Shown here piece by piece: positions 1 through 12,658 of a stretch of DNA of 64,000 nucleotides. Both the position numbers and the translations under genes were made by a program. The notes under the pieces were generated by a model. The model had not been told where the DNA came from, did not search any database, and was given only the letters and a program-made list of their open reading frames with translations. The stretch is from Octopus vulgaris (taxonomy: Eukaryota), in assembly GCA_951406725.2 (NCBI GenBank), contig OX597828.1:35774001-35838000 (forward strand), in the 5' to 3' direction. How positions within the stretch are numbered: position 1 is the first letter of the stretch; each line of letters begins with the position of its first letter.

Positions 1-84
1 GTACAACTCTGTGTGAAATAAGGCATCAATCATTATGTATGTATATGTGTATGTAGTATTCTTATATATATGTATATATATATA

Positions 85-130
<46 letters not shown>

Positions 131-398
131 TCAAAAGCCAGTTAACAAATAATTGAATGAAATACCCATCAAACAGGTGAAATTAACTGAAACAAAAACA
201 AAAACTAGGTCAATTCAGTTGGAACAAAGGCAGGAAAACTCTAATAATAATAGAAACTGAATGTTACTATGAAGTTAAAATACTTGATACCTGTATATGA
301 GACTTAGCTCAGCTCGTCCACTTTCAAATCTAAGCATTTTTCTCTCTCTTCCCCTCTCTCTCTCCTATGTATGTATGTGTGTGTGTGTGTATGTATAT

Positions 399-500
399 AT
401 GTCATTATTCAGTTTATTTCAAGATTTCTTGCTAATAGAGAAAGAAGCAATTTCTAACCTAGATCCAAGGCTCCTTCATTGGAATTTCAACATTAACAAC
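399..500 (+). repeat. ~100-bp interspersed element embedded in (TATG)n; further copies at 3908-4005 (+) and 52405-52508 (-)
   Basis: Three near-identical copies of atgtcattattcagtttatttcaagatttcttgc...ctagatccaaggctccttcattggaatttcaaca, each abutting a (TATG)n/(CATA)n tract. Confidence 0.8.
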
Positions 501-711
501 ACGGTACGGTATGTATATATATGTATCCTTCGAAAAACCCTATCCATCTAAATGCTTGTGTTGTATTACATGAACATACTTTGCTACTTCTCCTCCCCAA
601 GCTTTCAGTCATACTGTAACATCTCTTATCCTTCACTCACCCCCAAGACGCTGGGTGTGTCTTGGTAAGTGACTGTAACAGACATGCAGATTAAAAGTAA
701 AAATGACAATG

Positions 712-765
<54 letters not shown>

Positions 766-1121
766 TATGACTTCTACACAGTTTCCATCTAGTAAATCTC
801 AGACACAAGCTTTGATTTGCTCCAAGGCAATGATAACAGAAGACTTTTACTCAGGTTACCTCATAGTGAGGTCAAATGCAAAATCATACAATTAACCACA
901 CAGTCATATCTGTGCCCACATGACTTGACAAAATTGAGGGCCAGTGTCAAAGCAAAAGCAAAAATAAAACAATCATAAGAAAACCTGATTCTTAAAAAAA
1001 AATTAGAAATTCAAATATAAAAAAAAAGCAGAAATAATAAACAATATAAGGCCAAAACAAAAAACAATACAAATTCTTTGAATCTCTGTGGTATCAGATA
1101 ACATAGGTTATTGTGTGTGCA

Positions 1122-1162
<41 letters not shown>

Positions 1163-1668
1163 AGTTTTTCTTCTTAAATGATAAAGATCAGTTACATATA
1201 TCGACAGGGAAATTGCAGGCAAAGTGGGATATCTATACCACTAACAACGACAACAAACAGCACAACTATCATAATATCAAACAAAGCAAACTAGCCAAAC
1301 AATGAGCCAACATCGGTGTCTCGAGAACAGTGATCCAGTCTGCTAGAAACAGCAGTTAAATCCCCCAAATCCAATCTTAAGATTCATCGGGTAACATGGC
1401 CCTGGTTTATCTACATGTAGGAAAAAGACAGGATGGTCACACCTGAAGTGTCTTTGATTAGATGCTTGCTTGATCAGGACTGATCTGTGCCTAAACAACA
1501 CTAGTGACTGTAAAAAGAAGGCTTGTTTTGCAAACATGCAGTTTTGGGTTCAGTCCCACTGTGTGGAACCTTGGGCAAGTGTTTTCTACAATAACACTGG
1601 AGTGACCAATGCCTTATGAGTGAATTGGGTAAATGGAAACTATGTAGAAGCTTTGTTGTATATGTATA

Positions 1669-2020
1669 TGGAGGCACATGGCCTAGTGGTTAGAGCAGCG
1701 GACTTGCGGTCGAGGGATCATGTGTTTGAATCTCAGACCGGGCGATGTGTGTGTTTATGAGTGAAAACACCTAAGCTCCACGTGGCTCTGGCAGCAGGTA
1801 ATGGCAAACTTCTGCTGAATCTTTCGCCACAACTTTAATAATAATAATAATAAACATTGTGTACAGTGCTCAGGTGCACTACAACTATCTCACTCTTTCC
1901 TCCTGCATCTTGCAGCTCACCTGTGACGGACTGGTGTCCCATCCAGGTGGGGAACCTATACGCCGAGAAACCGGGAAACTGGCCCTTATGAGCCTAGCAT
2001 GGCTCTAGAAGGAACAAACA
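1669..2020 (+). mobile_element. tRNA-derived SINE (head type B) with tail type 1
   Basis: Head gaggcacatggcctagtggttagagcagcggacttgcggtc with A-box-like and degenerate B-box; same head at 14182 and 23683 (-); tail ggactggtgtcccatccaggtgggga...gaaaccgggaaac shared with 31544-31790. Confidence 0.8.
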
Positions 2021-2026
2021 ACAAAA

Positions 2027-2552
2027 TATGTCCCATAAATAATGCGGTTTTTTCAATTGCATGAGCTAAAATTCAGAGGGATTTGGGATAAACTACCTGC
2101 ATCAACCTGCTATAAAAGCAGGTAGCAATTTTATCATGTCTTTATTCTTAGTGCAAGTTTTGAAGTGTGCAGTTCAATTTTAAGAGTTATTTTTTCAAAG
2201 CTATAATGGAAGTGACAAAGGAGCATATTCGGCATATTTTGCTTTATGAGTTCAATAAAGGCAACAATGCAACAGAAAGTGTGAGGAATATTAATGCAGT
2301 ATATGAGGATCGGACAATAAGCATAAGCCAGTGTCAACAGTGGTTCCAGAAATTCCACGGTGGAAACAACAGCCTAGAAGACAAGCCTCATCCTGGAAGA
2401 TCTGTACAGGATGATGAGGATGTCCTGCAAATCCTGGTGGAACAAAATCCCATCGTAACTGTTGAGGAGCTAGCAGAGAAGCTTGGATTTGGTCATTCAA
2501 CCATTCATCGACACCTGCATGCCATCGGAAAAGTCAGAAAACTGGGTCAGTT
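2027..2552 (+). mobile_element. Mariner transposon 5' fragment (N-terminal HTH DNA-binding region), truncated
   Basis: ATG at 2206: MEVTKEHIRHILLYEFNKGNNATESVRNINAVYEDRTISISQCQQWFQKF...EDKPHPGRS...VTVEELAEKLGFGHSTIHRHLHAIGKVRKLG, the typical Mos1/SETMAR-like N-terminus; breaks off before the WVPH motif. Confidence 0.9.
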
Positions 2553-2719
2553 TGGCATAAAATACCAATAAAATGTCATGGTTGATTTGTTCAGGCTTTA
2601 AGGTGGTGGTCCAGCATGGCTGCAGTCCAATGACTGAGATAAGCAATAGATAAAATATAAAAGAGAAAGCCTTCAATAACAACAACAACAGCAACAATAC
2701 CAAATTTCTAGGTCTATCT

Positions 2720-2946
2720 TAACCCTTTGACGTTCAGATTACCTTGTCAAATGTAGAGCTTCTTTGATCACCTGGCTTTGAAATAATCCTGCTTTATCTC
2801 ATAGCTTTGAGATTTCGATGATGTGATAGTATATATTTTGAGTAGCATTGTAGGGTTGGTGCGAGAGGTCCGATCTGGCCAGTTGGAACATAAAGCAAGT
2901 AGAGTATTCGGTTCAGATATCACCAATTTTGATGTCGAGGGGTGAA
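2720..2946. mobile_element. piggyBac-like MITE
   Basis: Starts ttaaccctttgacgt and ends atgtcgaggggtgaa: imperfect TIRs with TTAA-like flanks and CCC/GGG termini. Confidence 0.6.
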
Positions 2947-3661
2947 ATGACAACATAAGGAAAAGACACTACCACTACCACCACCACTACCACCAACACC
3001 ACCACCATCCCTTTCATAGTTCCCAACACCACTACCACCTCTACTTACAGCTATCGCATCACATCACAACCATACACAACCCCATAAACACTCATTAACT
3101 CTTTCATTTCACTCTCACCCTCTCTTTTTTCCCCCTTTCACTCTCTTTATATCTATTCCACCTCTCTTTTTCTCTTTCAGTTTGTCTCTCCTTTTCTTTC
3201 TCTCCTTCTCTTTCTCTCTCCTTATCAATCAAAGCAAAGTTATAACAGCTCAGAGTTGTATGAAAGTAAGAACAAAACAAAAAAAAAGAGTAAAAAAAGA
3301 AGAGAGTGAAAGGAAGAGATGGTGTAGAGAGGTGGGGTTGGAGACGCTAAAAAACAAGAAATTCTAATATGGTTTTGGTAAAAGAACTGAGATGGAGTGG
3401 TGGTGGTGGTTGTGGTGGTGTCGGTGGTGGTGGTGGTGGTGGTGGTGGGGAGAGTCTATAGACACCTGATGGTGTCTACCATAACCCTACCTCACCTCAT
3501 CTCACTCTTCCCCAAACACGATATATGTACCTTTAGTGAAGTTGTTATTTTAGTAAATTAACTGAAGAAACTAAAGACATACCGAGAACATGATAGACAC
3601 AGAGTAACACCAAGAGAGAGAGAGAGAAACTGGTGATTAAGATATGTATGAAAATATACAT

Positions 3662-3720
<59 letters not shown>

Positions 3721-3813
3721 AACACACATACTTATATATAATATATTAAAATGGGGCAGATGATGAGGAAAACATCCGGAAAACATGAAAAAACACACAA
3801 AGGACATGGAAAC

Positions 3814-3844
<31 letters not shown>

Positions 3845-4077
3845 TGTATGTGTGTATGTATGTATGTATGTATGTATGTATGTGTGTATGTATGTATGTA
3901 TGTGTGTATGTCATTGTTCAATTTTATTTCAGGATTTCTTGCCAATAGAGAAAGAGCCGGTTTCTAACCTAGATTCAAGGCCCCTTCACTGGAATTTCAA
4001 CAACAGGATATTTCAACAACAGGATTTTTTGTTTGTATGTATGTATGTATGCATGTGTGTATGTTTGCATGTATGTA

Positions 4078-4280
4078 TGTTTGTGTGTCTGTGTTTGTCC
4101 CCCTAGCATTGCTTGACAACCAATGTTGGTGTGTTTACGTCCCCGTCACTTAGCGGTTCGGCAAAAGAGACTGATAAAGTACTGGGCTTACAAAGAATAA
4201 GTCGATTTGCTCAACTAAAGGCAGTGCTGCTCCAGCATGGCTACAGTCAAATGACTGAAACAAGTAAAAGAGTAAAAGAG
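4078..4280 (+). mobile_element. SINE family A, 3' half
   Basis: Matches the 3' half of the full copies and ends in the (GAGTAAAA)n tail. Confidence 0.85.
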
Positions 4281-4337
4281 TATATACATATATGCATACA
4301 AACACAGGTATACCTGTGTTTGTATCTTTTTTTTTTT

Positions 4338-4737
4338 TTACTCTTTTTACTTGTTTCACTCATTTGACTGTGGCCATGCTGGAGCACCGCCTTTAATCGA
4401 GCAACTCGACCCCGGGACTTATTCTTTGTAAGCCCAGTACTTATTCTATCGGTCTCTTTTGCCGAACCACTAAGTGGCGGGGACATAAACACACCAGCAT
4501 CGGTTGTCAAGCAATGCTAGGGGGACAAACACAGACACACAAACATACATGCACACACACATATATATACATATATACGACAGGCTTCTTTCAGTTTCCG
4601 TCTACCAAATCCACTCACAAGGCTTTGGTCGGCCCGAGGCTATAGTAGAAGACACTTGCCCAAGGTGCCACGCAGTGGGACTGAACCCAGAACCATGTAG
4701 TTCATAAGCAAGCTACTTACCACACAGCCACTCCTGC
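4338..4737 (-). mobile_element. SINE family A (tRNA head, CORE-like domain, internal microsatellite, GAGTAAAA tail), full length
   Basis: Reverse strand reads gcaggagtggctgtgtggtaag...gggttcagtccc (A/B boxes), then gtggcaccttgggcaagtgtcttc (resembles the MIR/CORE motif); more than 15 copies in the window. Confidence 0.9.
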
Positions 4738-4877
4738 TGTGAATCTCAAACATCTGATAGGAGGATGAACCCGAAAAATTCTAAGTAATGTGCAGCTGAG
4801 TTAAAATGTTAATGAATACATCTGACTCCGACCAAAGATGTAGAGTTCTACTTCCTTCCACTTGTTCACTCACTTGC

Positions 4878-4932
<55 letters not shown>

Positions 4933-5074
4933 GATTGGCATGAAGCTGCTACAGTGATTGAAGGGTCTAGATATCATACTGAATCTCTCATCAAACTGAG
5001 TTTAACAAATGCTTTAGCACCAACATCTGGACCCTTAAGCCATTCTTGCTGTTTCGCAGCTTATAAATAATCTT

Positions 5075-5391
5075 TCCTGGCATCGGCATCCGAATCGTGG
5101 CCGATGCCAGTGCCGCCTCGACAGGCTTCCGTGCCAGTAGCACGTAAAATGCACCAATCCGACCGTGGCCATTGCCAGCCTCGCCTGGCACCTGTGTGGG
5201 TGGCATGTAAAAAGCACCCACTACACTCACGGAGTGGTTGGCATTAGGAAGGGCATCCAGCTGTAGAAACACTGCCATATCAAACTGGAGCCTGGTGCAG
5301 CCTTCTGGCTTCCCAGATCCTCGGTCGAACCGTCCAACCCATGCTAGCATGGAGAACGGATGTTAAACGATGATGATGATGATGATGATGA
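5075..5391 (+). mobile_element. RTE-LINE 3' UTR fragment with (GAT)n tail
   Basis: Near-identical to 61460-61750, which follows the RTE ORF. Other copies at about 15834-16118(-), 20165-20503(+), 25440-25590(-), 27162-27468(+), 29115-29550(+), 31940-32046(-), 36989-37340(-), 38697-38845(-), 39057-39203(-), 45662-45857(-), 52983-53200(-), 59182-59367(+). Confidence 0.85.
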
Positions 5392-5736
5392 TACTCTGCT
5401 TTATGAAATAAGTTCTTGTCCGTGTTTTCCATGCCAATATGGACAAGAAATGGTACAAGAAATTTCAAATCATTTGCCATCCTGCTCTGTTCTACAACAT
5501 CTATAACAAGAAAAGTAAAAAAAGAAAACAGAAATCCCTTTTAAATATTTGAAGTTGTACAGATGTGAAGGTAGGAGGTGAGAGTGGGAGTGGGAGAAAG
5601 ATGGCGGTAGAAGGGGCAGGTTGACATATGGACATAGACAGACAGACAGATGTGGGTAGATGAATGCATGGACTGGTGGGCAGTCAGACAGGCATAAATA
5701 CAAACAGATGGAAGAAAAAGATCAGGTAATGTAACC

Positions 5737-6491
5737 CAGTGCTACTCAAAGTGGAGGTCCATGGACCTGTGCTGGTCCAAGATCCATCAGCTGGCAGTAC
5801 ATGGCGAGTTTCCAGGAAAGTAAGAAACATTATAAAATGCTTATTTAATATTGTATTATTTGTTTACAAAATAAATATAAGATAAAAAGAAATTGTCAAC
5901 TTTTATTATATTCTTTATATATATTCAGAAATATTAAATTTCTAAATATCTCATAGAGATATGTACGGTGGTGGAGCGAGGGAGTGGTTGTATACTGTCA
6001 ACTTAACGTGACAGTCCTGTAAGGGAACTGCACCATTGTTTCCAATATAAATAAATATTTAATTCTTTATTGCCCACAAGGGGCTAAACATAGAGGGGAC
6101 AAACAAGGACAGACAGAGGATCCAAATCGATTACATCAACACCAGTGCGTAACTGGTACTTATTTAACCCTTTCGTTACCGTATTTATTTTGAGATGCTC
6201 TGTGTTTCTTTCAATTACTTTAACTATAACAAAGAATTTAGTAAAATAACTTAGTTATCTTTAAGCTAGTGTTAGGAATGTAAATTGTGACTAAGGCTTG
6301 GTGGAAGATTTGAATTCAAAATTTATGAAAACAAGACATTTTACCACAAAGTCAGAGCCGGTTTTGGCCGGGTTAGTAACATTGACCCCTAAAGGATGAT
6401 GTTGCTAAGAAATATTACTGGTTCGTGGTGGTACATTGGAAAAAAAAAAATAACTGCTGGTATGCCACATCAGATAATTTGAGAAGCACTG
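5737..6491. mobile_element. Non-autonomous hAT (Charlie-like) MITE carrying nested insertions
   Basis: TIRs cagtgctactcaaa (5737) / tttgagaagcactg (ends 6491); perfect 8-bp TSD atgtaacc at 5729-5736 and 6492-6499. Confidence 0.85.
6164..6380. mobile_element. piggyBac-like MITE inserted at the TTAA of a family C SINE
   Basis: Begins ttaaccctttcgttacc; the interrupted SINE resumes at ttgacccctaaaggatga after ggttagtaac (truncated right TIR). Confidence 0.6.
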
Positions 6492-6814
6492 ATGTAACCA
6501 ACACAAAGCAACAAAAGAAAAAAAAAATAAAGTGTCTGGATGCTGGTAGGGAGATGTGGATAAAAAGAGGAGAGAGTGATGGAGAGGAAGAAAAGAAGAG
6601 AGAGAAATAGGAACAGACAGACAGACAGACAGACAGACAGAGAAACAAACAAACAAACAATGCACCGGTCAGGCTGACAGAATGATTGACAGAGTGGCAG
6701 GCCAATAGTTACAGGAAGGAGGGGATTGGGGGGGGGAAGACTTCTAATTAAGATATAAGTAGAAAGAATGAGAAAGAGAGAAAGAAAGTGAAAATACCCC
6801 CCCCCCCCCCGCAA

Positions 6815-7003
6815 CAGAGAGTGAGAGTGGTGTGTGTGTGTGTGAGTGTGTGAGTATGTGTGTGTGTGAGAGTGAGTGTGAGTGTGTGTGTGTGTGTGAG
6901 TGGTGTGCGTGTGAGTGTGTGTGAGTGTGTGTGTGTGAGTGTGTGCGTGTGTGTCTGTGTGTGTGTGTGTGAGTGCGTGTGTGTGTGAGTGTGTGTGTGT
7001 GTG
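6815..7003. repeat. Compound (TG)n/(TGAG)n microsatellite
   Basis: Read directly. Confidence 0.95.
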
Positions 7004-7498
7004 GTCACTCTGTCAGCTTGTACATTAGTTAACTCTAGATGCTCTCTTTGACATGACTCTTTCTCTACTTATCTTTCCATATCTCTCCTTTTTTTTTATC
7101 TCTGTCTCTCCTTCTGTCCAGTGTCCCTGCCACCCACTTATACACACACACACATACACACACGCATACACACACACACAGAAAGAGATGTGAGGTGGAG
7201 TAATTGTGTATGTGAGTGCTTGTATGCAAAAATCAGTTTATGAACAGAGTATGAAGGAAGAGAGCAAGAGAGAGAGAAGAATGAAAAGGAGAGGAAGGGA
7301 GACAAGGAAGAAAAGAAGGAGAGAGGGAAAAAGGAAGAGAGAGATGTCAGGATAAACACAATAGCTACCTGGAGAGAATGGTGTTTTCTCAACAAGGGGT
7401 GACAGCAACAATTAAAAAAATAAATAAATAACCCCCTCCCCCCGCCCGGCTGTATTGGTTTACATACTATCTCATAATATTGCCTTTACCATGACTGA

Positions 7499-7725
7499 CA
7501 GCAGCAGCACCACCACCACCACCACCACCAAAACAACAACAACAACAACAACCACCACCACAATCAATTCCACCACTACCACCACCATCATAATCACCAC
7601 CACTACCACCACCATCATAATCACCACCACTACCACCACCATCATAATCACCACCACTACCACCACCACCATCATAATCACCACCACCACCACCACCACC
7701 ACAACCACTGCTGCCGTCATCACCC
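7499..7725. repeat. (ACC)n-based tract with a 27-bp higher-order unit
   Basis: accaccactaccaccaccatcataatc repeated about 4 times. Confidence 0.9.
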
Positions 7726-8538
7726 CGCCAGACTGAGACTACTTTCCTTGTTGTTCCAACCACCACAGCTTTGACCATAACTAAAATGGTAGAGGAAGGA
7801 GGAGGAAGAGGAGAAGGGGGAGGAGGAAGGAGGAGGAGGAGGGGGCGTCTCTACATAGTCTTTGATCAACCTATGAGAAATAGCAGCTAAATATCTTGTG
7901 AATCATACTTTACCAACATACAAAAAAAAAAGGACAAAGGACATTTTGAAGGATGTAGTCCTAGATACATGTCTACACTTTCTCACTAAAAAAATAAATA
8001 AAAACAGAAATACAATAGTCATAATGTGAGTGCCTCTGATTTGATATGACCATGTGATCTGGATTGAGCTGGGTTTAAACAACAACAACAACAACAACAT
8101 CGGTACCAATAATAACAGTAGCTGTTATGTCATAGCTGTGATGAAGCAGTTCTAGGTCAGCTTGGTTCTAGCAGCCCTGCTGACACACAGGTATTTAATC
8201 AAATGCATTAGGTGTGAACTTTGGATCAATTGAATCGGTTATACCAATCATTTCTCAGCTAGACCAGAGCCATGCACATAAAATGGTTTATTGGAAAGGG
8301 TACAGAGTGCAACTGCAAACGTGTTACATTATTTTCCCACTAAATTCCAGTCTGTTCTTATATAACCTTTGTTCTTTTTTATTTCGTTTTGGGATTTGGT
8401 TTGCAAGATTCTTTATGTGAGTTCGTGCATTGAAGCATTTTCTGTTGTGTCTGGGGAGAGTCATCCTCTTTCGGTGCCTTATAATTTAACACACTCACTG
8501 GTAAAATTTCCACTTATTTATTTTTTATTTTTCTAAAA

Positions 8539-8940
8539 GAGTGGCTGTGTGGTAAGTAGCTTGCTTACGAACCACATGGTTCCTGGTTCAGTCCAACTGT
8601 GTGGCACCTTGGGCAAGTGTCTTCTACTATAGCCTTAGGCTAACCAAAGCTTTGTGACTGGATTTGGTAGACGGAAACTGAAAGAAGCTCGTCATATATA
8701 TATGTATATATATGTATGTGTGTGTTGTGTCTATGTTTGTCCCCCCAACATCGCTTGACAACCGATGCTGGTGTGTTTACGTCCATATAACTTAGCGGTT
8801 TGGCAAAAGAAACTGATAGAATAAGTACTAAGCTTACAAAGAATATGTCCTGGGGTCGATTTGCTCGACTAAAGGTGGTGCTCCAACATGGCCACAGTCA
8901 TATGACTGAAACAAGTAAAAGAGTAAAAAGAGTAAGAGTA
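8539..8940 (+). mobile_element. SINE family A, full length
   Basis: Same head, CORE-like region and tail as 4338-4737. Confidence 0.9.
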
Positions 8941-9057
8941 TTGCGTTTTGCAACCTTTTCAATAGTGTTGTTTTTTGTATTACTGTTATTGTTGTTGGTG
9001 GTGTTGTTGATTAATGCCAGATTATCCCTAATTAAGCAAACCAATGAACGAAGTATT

Positions 9058-9402
9058 TCCAGGAATCATTCTTTGTAAGCCAAGTACTTGTTCTATCAGT
9101 ATCTTTTGCCAAACCGCTAAGTTACAGAGGATGTAAACACACCAGCATCGGTTGTCAAGAGATGTTGGAGGGAGGGACAAACACTGACACACAAATACAC
9201 ACACACACACACACACAGACAAACACACACACACACACACACATATATACGTCAGGCTTCTTTCAGTTTCTGTCTACCAAATCCACTCACAAGGCTTTGG
9301 TCGGCCCGAAGCTATAGTAGAAGACACTTGCCCAAAATACCATGCAGTGGTTTTGAACCCAGAACCATGTGGTTGGTAAGCAAGCTACTTACCACAAAGC
9401 CA
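9058..9402 (-). mobile_element. SINE family A, 3'-truncated
   Basis: Reverse-complement match to family A. Confidence 0.85.
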
Positions 9403-11092
9403 GTCAGATAGCTTATATATCTGGGACTACTCTGTCCTATGTATTATTCCATTCTTAAAACAGTGATTTGAAGGAGATTTGGGTATTATATATTGCAAAA
9501 ATTTAGAAGATTTTCCCCATTAACCTTCAGCTGGACATTGCAAAAGGAATAGTTTGTTGGGAAGGCAAGGTCCAATCCACATAATTCTGGCCACATCATG
9601 TACAATCATCAACTCCGAAGAACCCAGACAAGTCTGCAACATTCCAAAACACAATATAATACCATCTCAAGAACTCTATCCTTCCTGTCTAATCTAGACA
9701 CATCTACAACACTGTATACTAGGGCCTCTGTCAGTCAGTATTGACCATCGGTACCTATATGCACAGATCTGAGCAAAGGGTTTTATCACCTTTTTAATAA
9801 AAGACTAGCAAGTTACACATGCAAAGAGGTCTCCCCATCTGTCTCCTAGTTTTGACCAGGCTGCTACAGCTTCACCCATGCAAGCATGAGTAGACACTAA
9901 AATAATGAGGATAATATTGATAACAAGAGGACTCAGAGAGTGCAAACCTCCACCAAGGCAACACCAATGTCCTCTCAACGATTAGCCAGAGTTGATTTTT
10001 AAAATAAGAATATCTTAAATAAACTTGACTGCTCTCACAAATGGGAATACGATAAATGATGCCAAGGTGACCTAATCAATCATCAATAAAGACGTTCCAA
10101 AATCAAAGAAGTAAGAATAAGATCAAGACAGAAAAAGTTCAAGGAGGAATTACCTCAGCTGGCAATGAAAACATTTTCCCCACAACTGAAAGTATAACGC
10201 TTGTGTAGGAAGTGTAAAGTTGACTAGTAGTGAAACATGAGCAGTGAATGAATAATAGTGAAGCTTAAGCATTTATGAATGGCTGTGAAATTTACACATT
10301 AGATGAATGGTAGTGAAATATGGGCAGTGAACATGATTGGGGGAAAATAAATTGGGTATGTTTCCCGTTTGATGTTAGTGTGTATGAATGACAGAGCACA
10401 ACTGAAGTGAGAGAAAACTGGGTAGGATACATATGTAGTGTACTGTATAAAAGAGGGAGTTAATACAAAACATGTGATGGATATAGAAGATGACAGATGG
10501 ATGAACTAGAAAACAAGCAAAGTGAAAAGAAGCAAAGTGGAAACAGCTTGAAGAAGAAGAAGAAGACCATAGATGTCTTGTCATGTTTTGTTACAACTTT
10601 TTATTCCTACAAATCGCAATCTATTGTCTTAAAAGCAGGGGACATGCATTAGATAATAACGCAATCTTGGATACATCAGAAGGGGTAAAAATGGGATCGT
10701 TGTGGTTAGAATTTTGTTGATCAAATGGTTGTGTCATATGGTTGTTTGATCAGGGTTGACCTACAGCTAAACAACAACTGCAATAACAGCAACATAAACA
10801 ATACCAACAACAACAACTCCTTGTCCCCCAAAACTCTTCTATAACAATAATTCAGTAAGGCAGCCTCCACATGATAGTTAGTCCTGCTAGAAATAGAAGC
10901 TAGATTTCCCTCAAACTGAAACCTGTTTTTGCAAAACAGCAATAACAATGACAACAATGACAAAACCACAGCATTCAACAAACCATCCTTGCCTATATAA
11001 AACTAATTTAGAGTCAATGCTAATTATGACAACAATAATTAACTATCTATAAATTGTGAAACCATGGCAACAACTTCATCAGCAATATCATT

Positions 11093-11318
11093 TAAGGCGG
11101 TGAGCTGGCAGAAACATTAGCCTGTTGGTCAAAATACTTAGCAGTATTTCTTCTGCTGTTTCCTTCTGAGTTCAAATTCCACCAAAGTCGACTTTGCCTT
11201 TCATCCTTTCGGGGTCGATTAAATAAGTACCAGTTACACACTGGGGTCGATGTAATCAACTTAATCCCTCTGTTCGTCCCCTCTATGTTTATCCCCCTGT
11301 GGGCAATAAAGAAATAAA
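11093..11318 (+). mobile_element. SINE family C (tRNA-like head plus gcctttcatcctttcggggtcgat...aagtaccag central domain); degenerate copies continue to ~12020
   Basis: Head ggcggtgagctggcagaaac...gagttcaaattcc (B box); the central motif resembles, from memory, the domain shared by Sauria/Meta-type SINEs (not verified). Confidence 0.8.
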
Positions 11319-11517
11319 TATTGTGTGAGGAAAAACCAAATCTTTAGATCCAGGCAAAATGCTTCACAACATTTCATCAATCTCTGCGTTCTGAGTTAAA
11401 ATTCTATTGAGTTCAACCTTTTCATCCCTTCAGGGTCAATACAGTATGTACCGGTTGAATGCTGGGGTTGATGTAATAAACTACCTCCTCCTTTGAAATT
11501 TGTGTCAAAATTTGCAA

Positions 11518-11564
<47 letters not shown>

Positions 11565-12290
11565 GGTGGTGGAGGTGGTGGTATCATATTTCTGGCTCAT
11601 TAAGTTCTGGGTTCAAATTCCACTGGGGTGGACATTGCCTTTCATTCTTTCAGGATCAATAAAACAAGATCAAGTTGTGCCCTGAAGGCAATGTAACTGG
11701 CTCAGAATTTCTCCGAAACTTCAAGCCTTTTAGCAAAATCATTGGCCCACTGGACAAAATGCTTAGCAGCATTTCATCTGTTTTTGCGTTCTGAGTTCAA
11801 ATTCCACCAAGGACAACTTTAACTTTCATCGTCAATGAAATAAATACCAGTTGAGTACTGGGGGGAGGGATCAATGTAATGAACTAGCCAGCTCACTTTG
11901 CTTTTTGTCCTTTCAGGGTCAATAAAAACAATGTATCAGTTGTACGCTGGGGTTGGTGTTATCAACTAACCAGTTCACCTAAACTTTCAAACCCTTCTGC
12001 CTCTAGTAAAAAAGATTATTTTTTTTTATTGGAAACTGCAGGTATTTATATACCTGTAATAGACGTGTTTTGACAGCTTCTCTTTTAATCTTATCAGAAA
12101 AGGTGCAAAATTATAATTATACCTATGATCATTGATTGAATGCGCGAATTCATAATGACTGAGCTGACATTTGATTACTAATCAATTTAACGTGGAAGGT
12201 GTTAAATAATATTACACCTGTAATTATGATTTTCAATTATACTTTCTGTCTATTTATGAAAAGTATTACTATTTCAGTAAATATTCTTAT

Positions 12291-12465
12291 ATTTGTTTCA
12301 GTCATTTGACTGCAGCCATGCTGGAGCACCGCCTTTAGTCCAACAAATCGTAAGCCTGGTACTTATTCTATCGATCTCTTTTGCCAAACCGCTAAGTTAC
12401 GGGGACGTAAACACATCAGCATCGGTTGTCAAGCGATGGTGGGGGGGTGGGCAAACACAGACACA

Positions 12466-12502
<37 letters not shown>

Positions 12503-12658
12503 GACGGGCTTCTTTCAGTTTCTGTCAACCAAATCCACTCACAAGGCTTTGGTTGGCCCGATGCTATAGCAGAAGACACTTGCCCAAGGTGCCACACAGT
12601 GGGACTGAACCTAGATCCATGTGGTTGGTAAGCCAGCTACTTACCACACAGCCACTCC
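12291..12658 (-). mobile_element. SINE family A
   Basis: Reverse-complement match to family A. Confidence 0.9.

Noticed and set aside
3545-4106. Many ORFs such as [14 protein letters not shown] and HTHTHT throughout the track
   Set aside because: They are stop-free translations of (TATG)n, (TA)n and (CA)n microsatellites.
4991-5350. Recurrent [11 protein letters not shown] peptide resembling a gene family
   Set aside because: It is the antisense translation of the RTE 3' UTR repeat.
5440-5535. Strong minus-strand splice acceptor followed by DVVEQSRMANDLKF
   Set aside because: No clear donor, and it runs into repeat-derived sequence.
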